DNA from: Deltaproteobacteria bacterium
GTDB lineage: Bacteria > Desulfobacterota > Desulfobulbia > Desulfobulbales > BM004
Length of the DNA: 40,341 bases
Direction: 5' to 3'
Assembly: GCA_024639555.1 (NCBI GenBank)
Contig: JAHEID010000003.1
Span: forward strand, 1-40,341
The notes under the pieces were generated by a model. It made no database searches. It was not told where the DNA came from and worked only from the letters and a program-made list of their open reading frames with translations. Shown here piece by piece: positions 38,497 to 40,341 of the stretch (positions within the stretch are counted from its first letter, which is position 1; every line of letters starts with the position of its first letter). The position numbers were made by a program, and so were the translations under genes.

Positions 38497-38733
38497 TTAC
38501 CCCTTTTTAATATAAAACTTAAAATAATTCGTTTCCTCTTTTGCTCCCAGAAAGGCATGCCCAACGCGCTCACACCACCCGGGCAGATCGATTTTGGAAC
38601 CCTCATCAGTGCCGAGGATTTCGAGGACCTGGCCGCTTTCCAGTGTTTCTATAGCTTTTTTTGCTTTCAGGAGAGGCATGGGGCAATCCAAACCTTTCGC
38701 ATCGAGCGTTTTGTCAGCCTTAATGGTATCCAT
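38497..38733 (-). CDS. tusA: Sulfur carrier protein TusA
   Basis: LDAKGLDCPMP, TD.GS..D...WC...GH, FYIKK; ATG at 38733. Confidence 0.92.
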   Translation of the reverse strand: MDTIKADKTLDAKGLDCPMPLLKAKKAIETLESGQVLEILGTDEGSKIDLPGWCERVGHAFLGAKEETNYFKFYIKKG

Positions 38734-38933
38734 GTCTAAAATTCCCCGTTCATAAAAAAACAAAACCCGGTCGCCATAAGGAGTCAGGGGTTTTCAGCAT
38801 CATGAGGGGCTCTGCTAAAAGCAAGGATCCTGGCACCACAGCGTGGTAACCGCCTCTCGCTTTAATGATCAAAAAAGACTAGTTACCATAAACAAAAAAG
38901 AAAACCCACAAAAAATGAAGCATAATTCATTTT

Positions 38934-38962
38934 TTCTTACTTCCGCCATTACATTTTGTCAA
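38934..38962 (-). promoter_or_regulatory. Sigma70-like promoter for the tusA operon
   Basis: Minus strand TTGACA-17-TAAGAA, implying a ~190-nt leader. Confidence 0.55.
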
Positions 38963-39068
38963 GCCCTGGAAAGAAGAAGGGTTTTTTGCTTGCAGACATG
39001 AGGCGAAAAATGCTCTTTTGAGCGTATAAAATTAAAGCCCGGATAATTAACGATGTGAGGGTTGGGGC

Positions 39069-39650
39069 ATGAAAGAAGACCGAGAGGAATTAAGACAAAC
39101 AATATTAGGGGCACGCGATGGATTGAGTGACAAAGACAGACAAGCCAAAAGCATTTCTGTCATGCAGAATTTCTGGACTTTACCGGGTATGCAGCATTGG
39201 TCAACCCTGTTCATTTATGTTAACTTTCGCAGCGAGGTTGAGACATTGGAGTTGATCAAGAACTGCATCAACCAGGATATACACGTGGCTGTTCCCCTGG
39301 TTGATGCTTCTGCGGTTCGCATGATACCGTTTCTTATAAAAGACCCGGAGCTTGATCTTGTGCCCGGTTATTACAACATCCCGGAGCCCGACCCAAAGAA
39401 TTGTCTGCGCCTGGAACCAGGTGAAATTGATGCTGCTGTCATTCCAGGGAGTGTTTTTGATACCCATGGCGGACGTCTCGGGTACGGGGGCGGATACTAT
39501 GACCGGTTTTTGCTAACCGATGCCCCGCAGGCCAAGCGCATAGGGCTTGCCTTTGAGTTGCAGGTCGTGGATAAAGTGCCGCTGGAGCCCCATGATCAGC
39601 CTCTCGATATTCTGATAACCGAAAAAAGGATTGTGAACATTACACGTTAA
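39069..39650 (+). CDS. 5-formyltetrahydrofolate cyclo-ligase
   Basis: SEVET, IPEP, PG..FD..GGRLGYGGGYYDRFL, EPHD. Confidence 0.96.
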   Translation: MKEDREELRQTILGARDGLSDKDRQAKSISVMQNFWTLPGMQHWSTLFIYVNFRSEVETLELIKNCINQDIHVAVPLVDASAVRMIPFLIKDPELDLVPGYYNIPEPDPKNCLRLEPGEIDAAVIPGSVFDTHGGRLGYGGGYYDRFLLTDAPQAKRIGLAFELQVVDKVPLEPHDQPLDILITEKRIVNITR

Positions 39651-39666
39651 ACAATGGAGCTCTCCA

Positions 39667-40341
39667 ATGCGTAAAACGGTAATTCTTAAAAATGACCTTT
39701 TTCTGGAGCATATTCCGGATTTCAACCATGTAGAATCCCCCGACCGCTTGCGGGTAATTTATGAGCAGCTTGAACAGCCGCCATTGAATAAGCTTTTTCT
39801 GTATCCCGACTTTGAGCCGGCCTCTGTCGAAGCCCTGGAGCTCAACCATACCAAAGAGCATGTCATGCGAGTGGCCGGGACAGCGGGCAAGACATTCAGC
39901 AGCCTTGACCCGGATACGCAGGCCTCGCCAAAATCATTTGATGCGGCCTGCCTTGCAGCCGGGGCCGTTATCAGTGGTATGGAGATGATTCTCCAGGGTG
40001 AAGCAGACAATGGTTTTGCCCTGGTGCGCCCGCCCGGGCACCATGCCGAGGTAAGCCGCGCCATGGGCTTTTGCCTCTTTAACAATGTTGCTGTTGGAGC
40101 CCGCTATGGCTTGCAGAATCTTGGGCTGCAGCGCATAGCCATCATCGATTGGGACCTGCACCATGGCAACGGCACCCAGAACAGCTTTTATTCCTCTAAT
40201 CAGGTCCTTTATTTTTCAACCCACTCCTATCCTTACTATCCCGGTTCGGGAAGCCTTGACGAGGTCGGCGCCGGGGAGGGAGAGGGGTTTACGGTAAATG
40301 TACCCCTGTCCGGAGGCCAGGACGACCGGGCCTTTGCCAGT
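39667..40341 (+). CDS. Histone deacetylase-family (AcuC/AphA-like) protein, 3'-truncated by window; absent from ORF track
   Basis: Own translation: HVESPDRL, RPPGHHA, GFCLFNNVA, IDWDLHHGNGTQ, YYPGSG, VNVPL. Confidence 0.95.
   Translation, partial: MRKTVILKNDLFLEHIPDFNHVESPDRLRVIYEQLEQPPLNKLFLYPDFEPASVEALELNHTKEHVMRVAGTAGKTFSSLDPDTQASPKSFDAACLAAGAVISGMEMILQGEADNGFALVRPPGHHAEVSRAMGFCLFNNVAVGARYGLQNLGLQRIAIIDWDLHHGNGTQNSFYSSNQVLYFSTHSYPYYPGSGSLDEVGAGEGEGFTVNVPLSGGQDDRAFAS

Noticed and set aside
24741-38733. Selenocysteine (TGA read-through) in YeeE, TusA, DsrE or permease genes
   Set aside because: Catalytic positions are Cys and the ORFs look full length; read-through of the GT-C terminal TGA meets a TAG after 5 codons
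38760-39068. 6S RNA upstream of the 5-formyl-THF cyclo-ligase gene
   Set aside because: Expected by synteny in many bacteria, but no ~180-nt rod with a central bubble could be folded on the + strand; an Infernal search is needed to exclude it fully

Overview
Bacterial chromosome segment, most consistent with a sulfate-reducing Desulfobacterota (Desulfobulbales-like) genome; this assignment is inferred from gene content and protein style. It has three parts. (1) Positions 1-4857 are the right end of a genomic island bounded by the 3' half of a tRNA-Glu (att-like). Its unrelated cargo genes are separated by about 13 copies of a 9-7-9 palindrome (TCAAGATRT-N7-AYATCTTGA) set in a repeated intergenic header. 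The island also holds a c-di-GMP-I riboswitch and an IS91-like remnant. (2) Positions 4886-24647 are core genes: purL, an orphan MshEN-GspE/PilB ATPase, an M24 peptidase, rdgB, gpsA, gyrA, gyrB and dnaN, then a very AT-rich oriC-like region with no adjacent dnaA or recF, a serine hydrolase and a cold-shock gene. (3) Positions 24741-38733 are a 14-kb cluster combining sulfur-relay genes (YeeE, two TusA, DsrE/F/H-like), two radical SAM enzymes, GT2 and GT-C glycosyltransferases, a MacB-type ABC transporter, a secreted CxxCH protein, an HMA protein and a membrane-anchored (GGYGAPPPPA)x10 protein. The window ends with 5-formyl-THF cyclo-ligase and a truncated HDAC-family gene. The two best candidates for undescribed systems are the palindrome-delimited cassette array and the sulfur-relay/radical SAM/glycosylation cluster. 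All calls come from reading the sequence by eye; no searches were run.
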